From contig CBDASK010000003.1 of assembly GCA_965199495.1 (NCBI GenBank), positions 4,480,001 through 4,544,000 on the forward strand: 64,000 nucleotides of DNA. Direction: 5' to 3'. Positions 21,653-31,135 of this stretch are shown one piece after another. Position numbers and translations under genes: made by a program. This DNA comes from Abditibacterium sp. (GTDB lineage Bacteria > Armatimonadota > Abditibacteriia > Abditibacteriales > Abditibacteriaceae). The number at the start of each line of letters is the position of its first letter. The stretch's first letter is position 1. The notes beneath the pieces were generated by a model, which was not told where the DNA came from, made no database searches, and saw only the letters and a program-made list of their open reading frames with translations.

Positions 21653-23875
21653 ATGGCTTCCACTCACTCAACTCAAACTCCGAATCAAGAACCGCTTGAT
21701 TCTCCCACCAACGCGCTGAACGCTTCAACTACGGGCGCGCCCGCAATCGCGTTCGATACGTCGGCGGATTATAGTATGCCGCCGTCCAAATTAGATCAAT
21801 GGAGCGCCTCAAAATGGCGGCCTATTGCCGCTTTTGGCGGCGCGCTTTTGATCGGCGGCATTCTGCTGCCGCTCACCATTCAGCGCGGCGACAGCACGGT
21901 TGCGCCCCAAGTCGTTTCGAGTTGGGAACTGTCGCTACCCGCTTCCTCGACGATGGTGACGCAACTTTCGGTGGCGCCGGGCAAGCCGATTCGCGGCCAG
22001 GTCGCGCCCGTGGCTGATATCACCGGCAAAGCGCCCGTCAGCGGCGCGGTCGCGCGCTGGGCGGTGCAACCCGGAACTTCGGTGCAGGCCGGTCAAAACG
22101 TGGTGCAGATTTCGAGCGGCGCGGCCTCGGCGGCGCCCTTGCCCGGCGAATCTCAACAAATCGAGGCCGAGCAACAACAGACCGCCGCCGCCGACGATCA
22201 GTTGGCGCTCTCTAAACGCCTGACGACGACGCAACAGAAATTGGCCGACGCGCAGGCGCGCGTCGAACGGGCGCAGGAAAACATCGGCAAAACGCGCGCG
22301 CTCATCGCCAAACTGCGCGCGGGCGGCGCGGCGCCCGCCGATGTGCCGCCGCCAGCGCCGCGCCGCCAAACCGCCAAAGTCAATTCAAATGTCGCGACAG
22401 CCAAGGCGGCAACCAAAGACGCTCAGGCGAGTTTCGACGGCATCAAGGCGCAACTCGACAGCGCGCGCGCCGACGTGAGCGCATCGCAAAAGTCGCTGGC
22501 ACCGCTCCAATCGCGGTTGGACGACGCGCAGAAAAACGTGGCTACAATCGAGGGGAAATGGGACGGCAGTCTGGCGAGTGCCTCGGACGTGCAGGCCGCG
22601 CGTTCGGCGCGCGACAACGCCAAAAGCACGCTCAAAAGCGCGACGACGCGTTTGGAAACGGCACAAAAACAGATTCCCGCTCTGGAAAAACAGTTGGCCA
22701 CGCGCGAGCGCGCCGTTGACGACGCGCGCCGCGCCGAGCGCGCCATTATCGCCAGCGTGCCCGCCGAAACGCCCGAAGACGCGCCCGTTTCACGCGCTGG
22801 GGGCACCGGAGAGGGCGCGATGTCGGTCGAAGCCGCCGCCAAACTGGTGCAGGACGCGCTGGACGAAAGCCGCGCCGCCACGCGCGAGGCGGATCGTCTG
22901 CGCGCGCAGGTGGATTTGTATCAGGCGCAGGCGCAGAAATCGAACCAGCGCATCACGAGCGCGACGCAGGAATTGCAAACCGCGCAACAGGATTCGCAAG
23001 CCCAAATGGTTCAACGCGTGCCGCGCGTGCGTTTCACCGCCGCCCGTGCCCCCGCCAACGGCGTTGTCGTCTGGATCGCCAGCTTGGCTCGCGAAGTTGG
23101 CGCCGGACAATCGGTCTTTGGAATGTCGAGCGGCAAGACCTATCGGGCGCGCTTTGAAGACCGCACCGGCGGCTGGAAAAACGCGCGCGTCGGCCAAGTC
23201 GTCAACGCTTTGTTGGCGCCGCCCGCGCCCGTCGTGCCAACCGTGACGGCGCCGCTCGCCAAAGCACCCTCGGCCAACGCCGCCGGTTCGCCACCGATGC
23301 CAGTTTTGGTTTCGCCCGCGCCCGCAACGGCTGCGCCCCCAACAGCAGCCACGCCGACGCCCGAATTGAGCGGTGCCAACGCGGCGGAGCAAGGCGCGAC
23401 GCCGGTGAAGGTGCGATTGACGCGTATCGCGCCACCCGAAAAACCCGGCGACCCGGCGATTTTGGAAGGCGAGTTAGTCGGCGACAACAAATCCGCCGGG
23501 CCAGATTTTCGTTTGTTGGCCTCGCTTCCAAACGTCGGCGCGCCCACTATTTTGACCGTGCCCGATTCGGCCTTGGTGCAGCGCGATGGCGTGTGGATGG
23601 TCGCGGTTATCGAAGCGGGCGCGGGCGACAAAACCGAGCCACAAACCGAAGTCACGCCCGCGCCCGATAAACCCATTGAAGCTGCGACACCCGAAGCCGC
23701 CGGGGGAACCTTGGAGTGGCGCACCGTGCAGGTCGGCGAGAGTGACGGCATCGCGCGCCGCGTCAACGGCGGCTTGAAAGCGGGCGAGCGCATCGTCACC
23801 GATCCGCTTCCCCTGCTCGCACAGGCGCCGCCCGAATCGAAAGCGATGCCCCACGTCAAATTGGCGCTGAGCTAA
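21653..23875 (+). CDS. Membrane-fusion/periplasmic-adaptor-like protein with long coiled coil
   Basis: TM anchor, split lipoyl-like halves (APVSGAV..VQPG..V.AGQ and APANGVV), C-terminal LTVPDSALV..GLKAGERIV; start uncertain. Confidence 0.7.
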   Translation: MASTHSTQTPNQEPLDSPTNALNASTTGAPAIAFDTSADYSMPPSKLDQWSASKWRPIAAFGGALLIGGILLPLTIQRGDSTVAPQVVSSWELSLPASSTMVTQLSVAPGKPIRGQVAPVADITGKAPVSGAVARWAVQPGTSVQAGQNVVQISSGAASAAPLPGESQQIEAEQQQTAAADDQLALSKRLTTTQQKLADAQARVERAQENIGKTRALIAKLRAGGAAPADVPPPAPRRQTAKVNSNVATAKAATKDAQASFDGIKAQLDSARADVSASQKSLAPLQSRLDDAQKNVATIEGKWDGSLASASDVQAARSARDNAKSTLKSATTRLETAQKQIPALEKQLATRERAVDDARRAERAIIASVPAETPEDAPVSRAGGTGEGAMSVEAAAKLVQDALDESRAATREADRLRAQVDLYQAQAQKSNQRITSATQELQTAQQDSQAQMVQRVPRVRFTAARAPANGVVVWIASLAREVGAGQSVFGMSSGKTYRARFEDRTGGWKNARVGQVVNALLAPPAPVVPTVTAPLAKAPSANAAGSPPMPVLVSPAPATAAPPTAATPTPELSGANAAEQGATPVKVRLTRIAPPEKPGDPAILEGELVGDNKSAGPDFRLLASLPNVGAPTILTVPDSALVQRDGVWMVAVIEAGAGDKTEPQTEVTPAPDKPIEAATPEAAGGTLEWRTVQVGESDGIARRVNGGLKAGERIVTDPLPLLAQAPPESKAMPHVKLALS

Positions 23876-23877
23876 AA

Positions 23878-23990
23878 GAAAATTTAGAATTTCACGTAGA
23901 GCGCATTGAAATTATTGATCAATTGCTGAACCAATTTTAAGGTGTTTTTCTCTGCGGCCCCGCGCGCTCTGCGTGAAATTTTAAATTTTT
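23878..23990. repeat. Long imperfect intergenic inverted repeat
   Basis: aaaatttagaatttcacgtagagcgc pairs with gcgctctgcgtgaaattttaaatttt. Confidence 0.7.
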
Positions 23991-24135
23991 CGCGTTTAAT
24001 CCAAAGATTCGATAAACCTCAAATAAAACCGCTTGCCGACGATGCACAAGTGAGCGAAACTGCCAGCCATCTCAGCCATCCAAAAGGGGAAGCAACCTCT
24101 TTAAATCTTCGTTCGTTGAAAGCATCAATTCCGTC

Positions 24136-25272
24136 ATGTCCGCTCCCAAACCTCTGCTCGTCCTGTTAGTTCCCGCATTTTTGGCCGTGCCCTGCGCGCT
24201 TGTCACCTCGGCCAGCGCACAGGAAAAAACCGCGCCCGCCACTTCTACCGATGCCTCGCTGACCAAAACGGCGAGTCCCGCCACGACAATCGCGCCGCGC
24301 CAGAGTTTGCCCGCGTTTACTTCGGTCAAATTGAGCGTTGCGCCGGTTTTGGCCACGCCAACGACGGCGCGACAAACCCTATTGACGCCGCCTGTGGCTG
24401 TGAAAACGAGCGCGATTAAAGAAGCGGCGTTGCCCGCGCCAGCGCTCAAAGTGCCGGTGGCTGCATGGAGCGCCGCCGAACGCGCGCAATTGGTCACATC
24501 CACGTTAGCTTCGGCAACGCCGCCAATCGTGAAGCAGCGCCGCGCTTTTGCCGCCGCCGTTTCGCTTTCGACTTCGCCAGACACGCCCGTAAAGCTGGCC
24601 CCACAAGTTTCGGTCGCGCCCGAAACAACAGTTGCGGCTCCCGTCAGCGTTTCGGTTATGGCGCCTTTGACGGCGCCCGTGACAGCCCCAGTGGCTGCTG
24701 TGGCGCGGCCCTCGATTTTGGCGTCGCGTGAAGCCCGTGCGCGCGAAGTCGCGCTCGCTCGCATGGACGCCCAACTCGCCGGAGCCGAAGGCCGTCTGGA
24801 TCGCGCGCAATCAAGATTGACCGAGGGCCAGCGCCAACTGGGCAACGTCAGCAACCTGCTGCAAAGCGCGATGCTTTCTTCGGGCGGTAGCGGTCTGCAT
24901 CCGTTCGTGCGCGTAGCGCAGCGTTATCTGGGCACGCCCTATGTTTGGGGCGGCGAGTCGGCGCGCGGCTTCGATTGTTCGGGTTTCATCATGCGCGTGA
25001 TGCGCGATCTGGGCTATAAAGCCCTGCCGCACTCCGCCGCCGAGCAATTCAACTATGGCCAGCCGATTTCCAAAGGCTTGCTCCAGCCCGGCGACATCGT
25101 GTTTTTCGCCAACACCTATAAACCCGGCATCTCGCACGTCGGCATTTATCTGGGCGGCGGACGCTTTATTCACGCCGCCAACTCGCAGGTCGGCACCATC
25201 GAATCGAACCTCAACTCGCCCAAATGGGTCGCGCATTACGCGGGCGCGCGCCGCTTGATGAAAATGAGTTAA
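24136..25272 (+). CDS. Secreted NlpC/P60 (C40) cell-wall peptidase
   Basis: GTPYVWGG..FDCSGF, HVGIY, FIHA; signal peptide and Ala/Pro/Thr linker. Confidence 0.93.
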   Translation: MSAPKPLLVLLVPAFLAVPCALVTSASAQEKTAPATSTDASLTKTASPATTIAPRQSLPAFTSVKLSVAPVLATPTTARQTLLTPPVAVKTSAIKEAALPAPALKVPVAAWSAAERAQLVTSTLASATPPIVKQRRAFAAAVSLSTSPDTPVKLAPQVSVAPETTVAAPVSVSVMAPLTAPVTAPVAAVARPSILASREARAREVALARMDAQLAGAEGRLDRAQSRLTEGQRQLGNVSNLLQSAMLSSGGSGLHPFVRVAQRYLGTPYVWGGESARGFDCSGFIMRVMRDLGYKALPHSAAEQFNYGQPISKGLLQPGDIVFFANTYKPGISHVGIYLGGGRFIHAANSQVGTIESNLNSPKWVAHYAGARRLMKMS

Positions 25273-25308
25273 AGGTCGTGGAGAGTTTGGGAAAGCGAAA
25301 ATTGGCCA

Positions 25309-25337
25309 TTGACTGTTTTTCTCGTCTTCTGTATCCT
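25309..25337 (+). promoter_or_regulatory. Promoter of the tRNA pair
   Basis: TTGACT-17 nt-TATCCT just upstream of the first tRNA. Confidence 0.7.
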
Positions 25338-25351
25338 GTTTCCCGTTCCAT

Positions 25352-25424
25352 GCGGAAGTAGCTCAGTTGGTAGAGCATCAGCTTCCCAAGCTGAGGGTCG
25401 CGAGTTCGAGCCTCGTCTTCCGCT
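25352..25424 (+). tRNA. tRNA-Gly(CCC)
   Basis: Full cloverleaf; anticodon arm tcagc-ttCCCaa-gctga; TTCGA T-loop; U73; CCA not encoded. Confidence 0.96.
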
Positions 25425-25470
25425 TTTTGATAGGAATTGAAGCCCAAATTTCGATTTTTATCGCTCCCCT

Positions 25471-25541
25471 GCGGGAGTAGCTCAGTGTTAGAGCGCCCTT
25501 CGTCCAGAAGGGAAGCATTGGTTCGATTCCCGTCTCCCGCT
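25471..25541 (+). tRNA. Atypical tRNA-Gly(TCC): non-canonical or pseudo-tRNA
   Basis: Perfect acceptor, D and anticodon stems; D-loop lacks GG; G at position 33; mismatched T-stem. Confidence 0.75.
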
Positions 25542-25552
25542 TTTTAGAAATC

Positions 25553-25582
25553 AGCGCGCCGAAAATATCGGCGCGCTTTTTC
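25553..25582 (+). terminator. Terminator after the tRNAs
   Basis: agcgcgccga-aaata-tcggcgcgct followed by T tract. Confidence 0.8.
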
Positions 25583-25641
25583 TTCGTCTGGCTGCTCGAA
25601 AACCGGGAGAGATTTTCGCTTTTAAGCGTCGTTAGTTTCCA

Positions 25642-26070
25642 ATGCCCGCGCTCTCGCACGACCGTGACGCGATTTTCACGCGTCCGGTTGCCGTCCAACT
25701 AACTTACAACGACTTCCCCGATTTCTACGCGCTACTGGGCGCCGAACATGACGCGAGCGCCCTTGACATCGAGACCGCCATCGTCGAGCGCGGCGCCGAT
25801 CTGCTGGCCGCCAATTTTTCGCGGCGCGGCGGCAGCGAATTCATTCGGCTCATCGAACGCTACCTCAACGATTTTCGCCCAATTCTGCTCAACGCCGACA
25901 ACCGTCGCCGCTACGACGAACAGTTGGCGCGCCATCGCCATCGCGACGCCAACGCGTTGCCCTACTCCGATTGGCGCGCGCGTTTGCCCGCGCCCCAACC
26001 AGCCACGCCGCCCGCGCGTGGCTGGCGCGCGCGGCTGAGACGCGCATTTTTGGAAAGCGATTATCTTTAA
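25642..26070 (+). CDS. J-domain-like small protein lacking HPD
   Basis: PDFYALLGA..AS and ILLNADNRRRYDEQL resemble J-domain ends. Confidence 0.6.
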   Translation: MPALSHDRDAIFTRPVAVQLTYNDFPDFYALLGAEHDASALDIETAIVERGADLLAANFSRRGGSEFIRLIERYLNDFRPILLNADNRRRYDEQLARHRHRDANALPYSDWRARLPAPQPATPPARGWRARLRRAFLESDYL

Positions 26071-26183
26071 AGTGGCAAGTTTCAGGTGGCAAGTAACAAG
26101 TTGGTAAAAAGCCGCCACAAACGCATACTCTATTGGTTCTTTTTCGCTCCTGCCACCTGAAACCTGACACTTGACACCTGATA
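26070..26183. repeat. Inverted pair of heptamer tandem-repeat tracts
   Basis: AAGTGGC-AAGTTTC-AGGTGGC-AAGTAAC ... CCTGCCA-CCTGAAA-CCTGACA-CTTGACA-CCTGATA. Confidence 0.75.
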
Positions 26184-26187
26184 AACT

Positions 26188-27465
26188 ATGGCCAATCCGC
26201 TCCGTGACTTACTTTTCGGCACCGTTGCCGCGCCCAAAAAACCTCTGGCCGATTCCATCGTGCCGCGCCGCTCGTTCGCCGATGTCATCCTGCCCGCCTC
26301 GACGCATCAAGCGCTCGAATGGGCTTTGATTCAAATTAAAAAAGCCGATCTGATTTTCGAGCAATGGGGGCTGGGCGAGCGCCATTCGAGCGGCAAAGGT
26401 CTGGCGTTCAACTTCGCCGGGCCGCCCGGCACCGGCAAAACGATTTGCGCCGAAGCCATCGCGCACGAACTGGGCAAAGCGTTGTTTATCGTGCGCTACG
26501 CCGAAATGGAAAGTTTGTGGGCGGGCGAAACCGGCAAAAACGTGGCGGCGGTTTTTCGCGCCGCAACCGAATCGGACGCGGTTTTGTTTTTCGATGAAGC
26601 CGACGCCATCGCCTCGCGGCGTTTTGGCAGCGTAACGCAAGGTTATCAGCGCGAATCGAACGCGGTCGTCAACGTTTTGCTCAAAGAATTGGAAGATTTC
26701 GCGGGCGTGGTGATTTTCGCCACCAACATCGCCAGCAACTTCGACCCGGCGTTCGAGCGGCGCATCCGCACGCACATTCTGTTCGATATGCCCGATGCTC
26801 CGGCGCGCGAGAAAATCTGGAAAGTGCAATTGCACGCCGGAAAAACGCCTTTGGCCGACGATGTCGATTTCAAAAAGTTGGGCGAGGACTACGCCGTGGC
26901 TGGTGGCGACATCAAGAACGCCGTTTTGAAAGCCGCGCAGATGGCCTCAGCCGAACCCGGCCCCGACGCCGCAAAGAAGATTCATCAACGCCATTTCATC
27001 GCGGGCATCGAAGAAGTGAAAGCCTCCAAACGCGTGATGGAACAGTCCATTATTGACGGCGACGGCAGCGCGCGCCCGCAGATGGATCAAAACGTGATGG
27101 CCGGGATTTCGGCGGCGTTTGAACAACTGGCGCAAAACGATCAAAACATGGGCAACGATTTGCGCGCGACGATGGAGCGCAGCGAAATCATGGAGCAACA
27201 GTTGGCCTCGATTCCCGAAATCTTGAATCGGTTCGAGGAAGCGAACACCGCTTCGCGCGTGGCTTTGAAAGACGAATTGAGCGCGCGTGTTGATGGAATC
27301 GGCAAAGATGTCAACGAGAAATTCACCGACATCAAAGCCGATTTGGCGCGCGGCGACGAACGCGGAATGTCGGCGGCGGGTCAACTCAAAGTCGCTTTAA
27401 CAGTCGGAGTTTTAGGGTTAGTCGCGGGCTTTGGCGGGCTAATCGTGGCGCTAATGTCGAGGTAA
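26188..27465 (+). CDS. AAA+ ATPase with C-terminal coiled coil and membrane anchor
   Basis: GPPGTGKT, LFFDEAD, ATN..DPAFERR; hydrophobic C-terminus. Confidence 0.9.
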   Translation: MANPLRDLLFGTVAAPKKPLADSIVPRRSFADVILPASTHQALEWALIQIKKADLIFEQWGLGERHSSGKGLAFNFAGPPGTGKTICAEAIAHELGKALFIVRYAEMESLWAGETGKNVAAVFRAATESDAVLFFDEADAIASRRFGSVTQGYQRESNAVVNVLLKELEDFAGVVIFATNIASNFDPAFERRIRTHILFDMPDAPAREKIWKVQLHAGKTPLADDVDFKKLGEDYAVAGGDIKNAVLKAAQMASAEPGPDAAKKIHQRHFIAGIEEVKASKRVMEQSIIDGDGSARPQMDQNVMAGISAAFEQLAQNDQNMGNDLRATMERSEIMEQQLASIPEILNRFEEANTASRVALKDELSARVDGIGKDVNEKFTDIKADLARGDERGMSAAGQLKVALTVGVLGLVAGFGGLIVALMSR

Positions 27466-27493
27466 ATCCGAGTTCCGGTGTCATAGCAACAAC

Positions 27494-27570
27494 AGCGGGG
27501 CTAACGCACCCTTCCAATCGGCGGAGTTCATAGAAAGACGATTGATTGGAAGGGTGCGTTAGCCCCCGCT
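27494..27570. repeat. Intergenic inverted repeat, family C
   Basis: ggggctaacgcacccttccaatc / gattggaagggtgcgttagcccc. Confidence 0.75.
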
Positions 27571-27642
27571 CCAAGCGAAGCGCCTGCTCCAAAATTGATG
27601 GGCGCAACACGTCTGTTCAAAACGCGTTTCACGCCGTATAAC

Positions 27643-27690
27643 CAACAAAAACGCCGCGCAGTTTTTCTGACTGCGCGGCATTTTTGTTTC
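27643..27690. terminator. Bidirectional terminator
   Basis: aacaaaaacgccgcgcagt..actgcgcggcatttttgttt. Confidence 0.75.
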
Positions 27691-27699
27691 AAACCATAT

Positions 27700-28452
27700 C
27701 TACTCAACGGCCCTGTCTGCGCCGGGCGAGTCATGTAAAGCCACGCGAAAATCGGTGCTTTTCTTCTGGCCGCGTTCGTTGTAAAGCACAACCGAATAAA
27801 CCAAATCCTTGACTTGCGTTCCTGCGGGCACAGCGAACACGATGTTAAACGGAATCGCCGCGCCCGGCAAGGCATAACGGCCAACGGGCGAACCTTCATC
27901 GGAGGTTACATCGTAAGTCTTGGGCTGATAGGAACCTTCATTTTGATCGGTCAGCGAAGTATTCATACCCCAATCAATGACGCTACTGCCCGACGGAAAG
28001 GCGAATTCGGCTTTCTGGGGCGTGCCATTTTTCAGGCGGCACGAAACTACGATTAAATCATTGCCAGCTTCCGATTCTTCGGCATCTTTGCCCGCGTGGC
28101 TATCGGGATATTTGCGAACCCATTGTTTGGTGCGCGTCACGCCGGTCACGGTAAAACGCCATTTGCCCGAAAACAGCTCTTCGCCCTGATCGCCCTTGAG
28201 CTTGTTGGCGACCTGATTGGCTCCACCCGCCGGGCGCAAAGTAATCTGTCCGTTCGCCACCGACTTTTGCATCTTCAACGCACGAGCCACGTCGTCGAGC
28301 GGCACCCACGTTTTGCCGCCAATCACGCGCGTTTGCGTATTGACAACGTTGCCGTTGATGCTCAATTTGATGGCGCCCTGCGCCCACGCCACACCTGTAA
28401 AGATAATTGCGCTTGTGGCGAGCGCGCTCCCCCATGCCATTTGTTTTTTCAT
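27700..28452 (-). CDS. Secreted protein: copper-amine-oxidase-N-like domain plus DUF4352-like Ig fold
   Basis: Signal peptide; IKLSING..VIGGKTWVPL; LPGA..IVFAVP; AGGAG RBS. Confidence 0.6.
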   Translation of the reverse strand: MKKQMAWGSALATSAIIFTGVAWAQGAIKLSINGNVVNTQTRVIGGKTWVPLDDVARALKMQKSVANGQITLRPAGGANQVANKLKGDQGEELFSGKWRFTVTGVTRTKQWVRKYPDSHAGKDAEESEAGNDLIVVSCRLKNGTPQKAEFAFPSGSSVIDWGMNTSLTDQNEGSYQPKTYDVTSDEGSPVGRYALPGAAIPFNIVFAVPAGTQVKDLVYSVVLYNERGQKKSTDFRVALHDSPGADRAVE

Positions 28453-28616
28453 TGTTTCTCTCCTTAAATTCGTTCGTCACGAATTCAGCTATTATCTTTC
28501 CATATTCACGAGAAATTCGCAATTGACACGCGACAAGCGTTTCAGCCATCTTTTTTCCACCTTCGTTGAGTGCTGACATCGAGTAAAATTTAAGGCGATC
28601 CCCAGGAGGATTTCTC

Positions 28617-29588
28617 ATGCCCGTTGATACCGGACTTAAAACTTTCATCTTCTTTGTCGTGCTGATTATCGGCGGCGTTGTGTCGTCGGTGCTGTGGAAC
28701 CTCAATCCGCTTTTGGGCGCGTTCATGGGCATCATCACTTTCTTCGCGGCGTGGCTGATCGCGTCGGCGGTGCGCATGATCGCGCAATGGGAAAAAGCCG
28801 TGGTTTTGCAACTGGGCAAATATCAAGGCCTCAAAGGGCCGGGCCTGTTTTTCATCACGCCGCTCGTGCAAAGCGTTTCGCGCGTCATTGACACCCGCGT
28901 GATTTCTTCGACCTTTAACGCCGAAGGCACAATCACCGCCGATACCGTTCCCGTTGACGTGGACGCGGTTTTGTTTTGGCGCGTCTTCAACGCCGAACGC
29001 GCCGTTTTAGAAGTGCAGGATTACGCGCAATCGGTCGGCTGGGCCTCGCAAACCGCGCTCCGCGACGTGATTGGCCGCTCCACATTGGCAGATATTTTGT
29101 CGAGCCGCGACAAAATTGACAGCGCGTTGCGCACAATTATTGACCGGCAAACCGAGCCGTGGGGCGTGCGCGTCGAGAGCGTGCAAATCCGCGACGTGAC
29201 GATTCCCGATGCGCTCCAAGACGCCATGAGCCGCCAAGCACAGGCCGAGCGCGAACGTCAGGCGCGCATTATTTTGGGCGAATCGGAAACCCAAGTCGCC
29301 GCCAAGTTCATGGAAGCCGCCAAGCTCTACGAACAGTCGCCGACCGCTTTGCATCTGCGCGCGATGAATATGCTATACGAAGGCATGAAAGACAAAGCCT
29401 CGACGATCATCGTGCCCTCGTCGGCCCTCGAAACGATGAATCTGGGCGCGATTAACATGGCGGCGTTGCAAAACCAATTGCAAATTGACCCGAAAACGCC
29501 GGTGCAAGCACCCGTTGCGGTTCGCACGCCAACAGCAGCCACGCCGCCCGCGCCGCCGAGCGGCGGTTATTTGCCGGGGCAGATTTAA
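28617..29588 (+). CDS. SPFH/stomatin (slipin) protein
   Basis: GPGLFF, AQT-like SQTALRDVIG, AMSRQAQAERERQAR; AGGAGG RBS. Confidence 0.95.
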   Translation: MPVDTGLKTFIFFVVLIIGGVVSSVLWNLNPLLGAFMGIITFFAAWLIASAVRMIAQWEKAVVLQLGKYQGLKGPGLFFITPLVQSVSRVIDTRVISSTFNAEGTITADTVPVDVDAVLFWRVFNAERAVLEVQDYAQSVGWASQTALRDVIGRSTLADILSSRDKIDSALRTIIDRQTEPWGVRVESVQIRDVTIPDALQDAMSRQAQAERERQARIILGESETQVAAKFMEAAKLYEQSPTALHLRAMNMLYEGMKDKASTIIVPSSALETMNLGAINMAALQNQLQIDPKTPVQAPVAVRTPTAATPPAPPSGGYLPGQI

Positions 29589-29602
29589 TTTCGCCGATGT
29601 AA

Positions 29603-29660
29603 AAGCGAAATAACAGCAAAGGGCGCGACAATTGTCGCGCCCTTTGCTGTTATTTCGCTT
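29603..29660. terminator. Perfect 58-bp palindrome between convergent genes (probable terminator)
   Basis: aagcgaaataacagcaaagggcgcgacaattgtcgcgccctttgctgttatttcgctt. Confidence 0.75.
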
Positions 29661-29697
29661 CGCTCCACCGCACAGGTGCGAAGAAGCTCCGTCTCGT

Positions 29698-30423
29698 TTA
29701 TTGCTGCGGTTTTTCAACCGCGAAATCTTCCGGTTTTTCCTGCGGTTGCCAGCCCAAAATTTCGAGCGTCGGTTGCAATTCCATCTGTTCTTCGGGCGTT
29801 TTCGAGGTCGCATTTACAATCGCGTAACCGATCCCCTCTTTCTCGATGGCGGCGCGAAAAACGCCGACGGCATCGCGCGGGGAAAGCCAGATATTGCGCA
29901 TGCCCTGATAGGCCAAACGCGGCGAATCGTATTCTTCAAACGCGCCCAGGCGCAAAGCGATAAATTCCAGCCCGTATTTATCGTGATAATAACGTCCCAG
30001 CGTTTCGCCCCAGACTTTGGTCACGCCATACATCGAGTTGGGGCGCGGCAACGAGACCACATCCATTACGCCCGATTCGCCGCGCCGGTTAAAACCGACG
30101 GCCTGAATCGAAGACGCGAAGACCACGCGGCGCACATTTTCCAAGCGCGCAGCTTCCAAAACGTTGAAAACGCCGATGACGTTGGGATCGAGCAACTTTT
30201 CCATGAAGGGCGCTTCGTCGCTGGTCGCCGCCAGATGAACGACGACATCAACACCGCGCATGGCGGCGCGAAGCGGCTCGATTTCGCTCATATCGCCGAC
30301 GAAACTTTGCGGTTCGGGCGCTGGCTTCAAATCGAAGGTCGCCAGATCGTAGCAATCGCGAAACGGGCCGACCAGATGCGGCCCCAAACGCCCCGAAGGG
30401 CCAGTCAATAAAACTTTTAACAA
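29698..30423 (-). CDS. NAD-dependent epimerase/dehydratase (uronate dehydrogenase-like)
   Basis: LLTGPSGRLG, VVHLAA, VFASS, YGVTK, WLSPRD. Confidence 0.88.
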   Translation of the reverse strand: MLKVLLTGPSGRLGPHLVGPFRDCYDLATFDLKPAPEPQSFVGDMSEIEPLRAAMRGVDVVVHLAATSDEAPFMEKLLDPNVIGVFNVLEAARLENVRRVVFASSIQAVGFNRRGESGVMDVVSLPRPNSMYGVTKVWGETLGRYYHDKYGLEFIALRLGAFEEYDSPRLAYQGMRNIWLSPRDAVGVFRAAIEKEGIGYAIVNATSKTPEEQMELQPTLEILGWQPQEKPEDFAVEKPQQ

Positions 30424-30426
30424 ATC

Positions 30427-30957
30427 CTAATTTTCTCCCAGTGTCGCTTGAATAAGCGGCAACAGTTTATTGGGTTTCCACAATTGGCGGTCATTGTCAT
30501 AAAACTCGCCGTTGATAAAAACCGTCGGCGTGCCGTGCGCGCCACTGCGATGCCCGCTTTCGACCGATTCTTCGACGCTCGCGCGCGTTTCGGGCGCCTT
30601 CATCGCTTCGGTAAATTCGGCGCGCCCAATGCCGACCTGCGCGGCATAACCGATCAAATCCTCATCTTCGAGCATTTTTTGGTTGGCGAACAACAAATCG
30701 TGCATTTCCCAGAACGATTCGCCACTGGCTTCAGCGGCTAAGGCCGCACTAAACGCGTGCGGATGAAGGTCGGACAAAGGGAACGCGCGGAAAATCAGGC
30801 ACATTTTCTCGCCTAATTCGGTTTGTAATTGGTTGAGCAAAGGAGCGAGGGCGCCCGAATACGGGCACGCGAAATCGCCGTAATGAACGACAACAAGCGG
30901 CGCATTCAAATCGCCGCGCGCGTGATCGAGCGGCAGAGGTTGGGGAGTGAGAGACAT
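30427..30957 (-). CDS. DsbA-like thioredoxin-fold protein (CxxS)
   Basis: YGDFACPYS, FPL..HP, GTPTVFING. Confidence 0.88.
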   Translation of the reverse strand: MSLTPQPLPLDHARGDLNAPLVVVHYGDFACPYSGALAPLLNQLQTELGEKMCLIFRAFPLSDLHPHAFSAALAAEASGESFWEMHDLLFANQKMLEDEDLIGYAAQVGIGRAEFTEAMKAPETRASVEESVESGHRSGAHGTPTVFINGEFYDNDRQLWKPNKLLPLIQATLGEN

Positions 30958-30997
30958 AGAAAAGGATAAAAGTCGGCGGTTTTGTAGAGTTACTGCG

Positions 30998-31101
30998 GCC
31001 CGTAGAGACACCGATTTATCGTGTCTAAAACGTCGGACTTGCCGCAACAGCTGCGGGTTCATTCACGTTTTAGACACGATAAATCGGTGTCTCTACGGGG
31101 C
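30998..31101. repeat. REP/REPIN-like inverted repeat, family A (best-preserved copy)
   Basis: cccgtagagacaccgatttatcgtgtctaaaacgt / acgttttagacacgataaatcggtgtctctacggg. Confidence 0.9.
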
Positions 31102-31135
31102 TGAAACCCTGCCAAAACACACGCAGAAATATTGT

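Noticed and set aside
24000..24135. c-di-AMP or c-di-GMP riboswitch upstream of NlpC/P60
   Set aside because: Plausible context, but I could not match the consensus elements; needs cmscan
25495..25512. Reading the second tRNA as Asp(GTC) or Trp(CCA)
   Set aside because: Centred 7-nt loop gives TCC, and the acceptor stem and U73 match Gly
25352..25640. Prophage or island integrated at tRNA-Gly
   Set aside because: No integrase and no separate duplicated tRNA 3' end seen; downstream genes look host-like
30958..31062. N-terminal extensions in the ORF track (also 61498-61617, 62820-62969, 50735-50920)
   Set aside because: They run through palindromic repeats or leader sequence; downstream ATGs match the family starts
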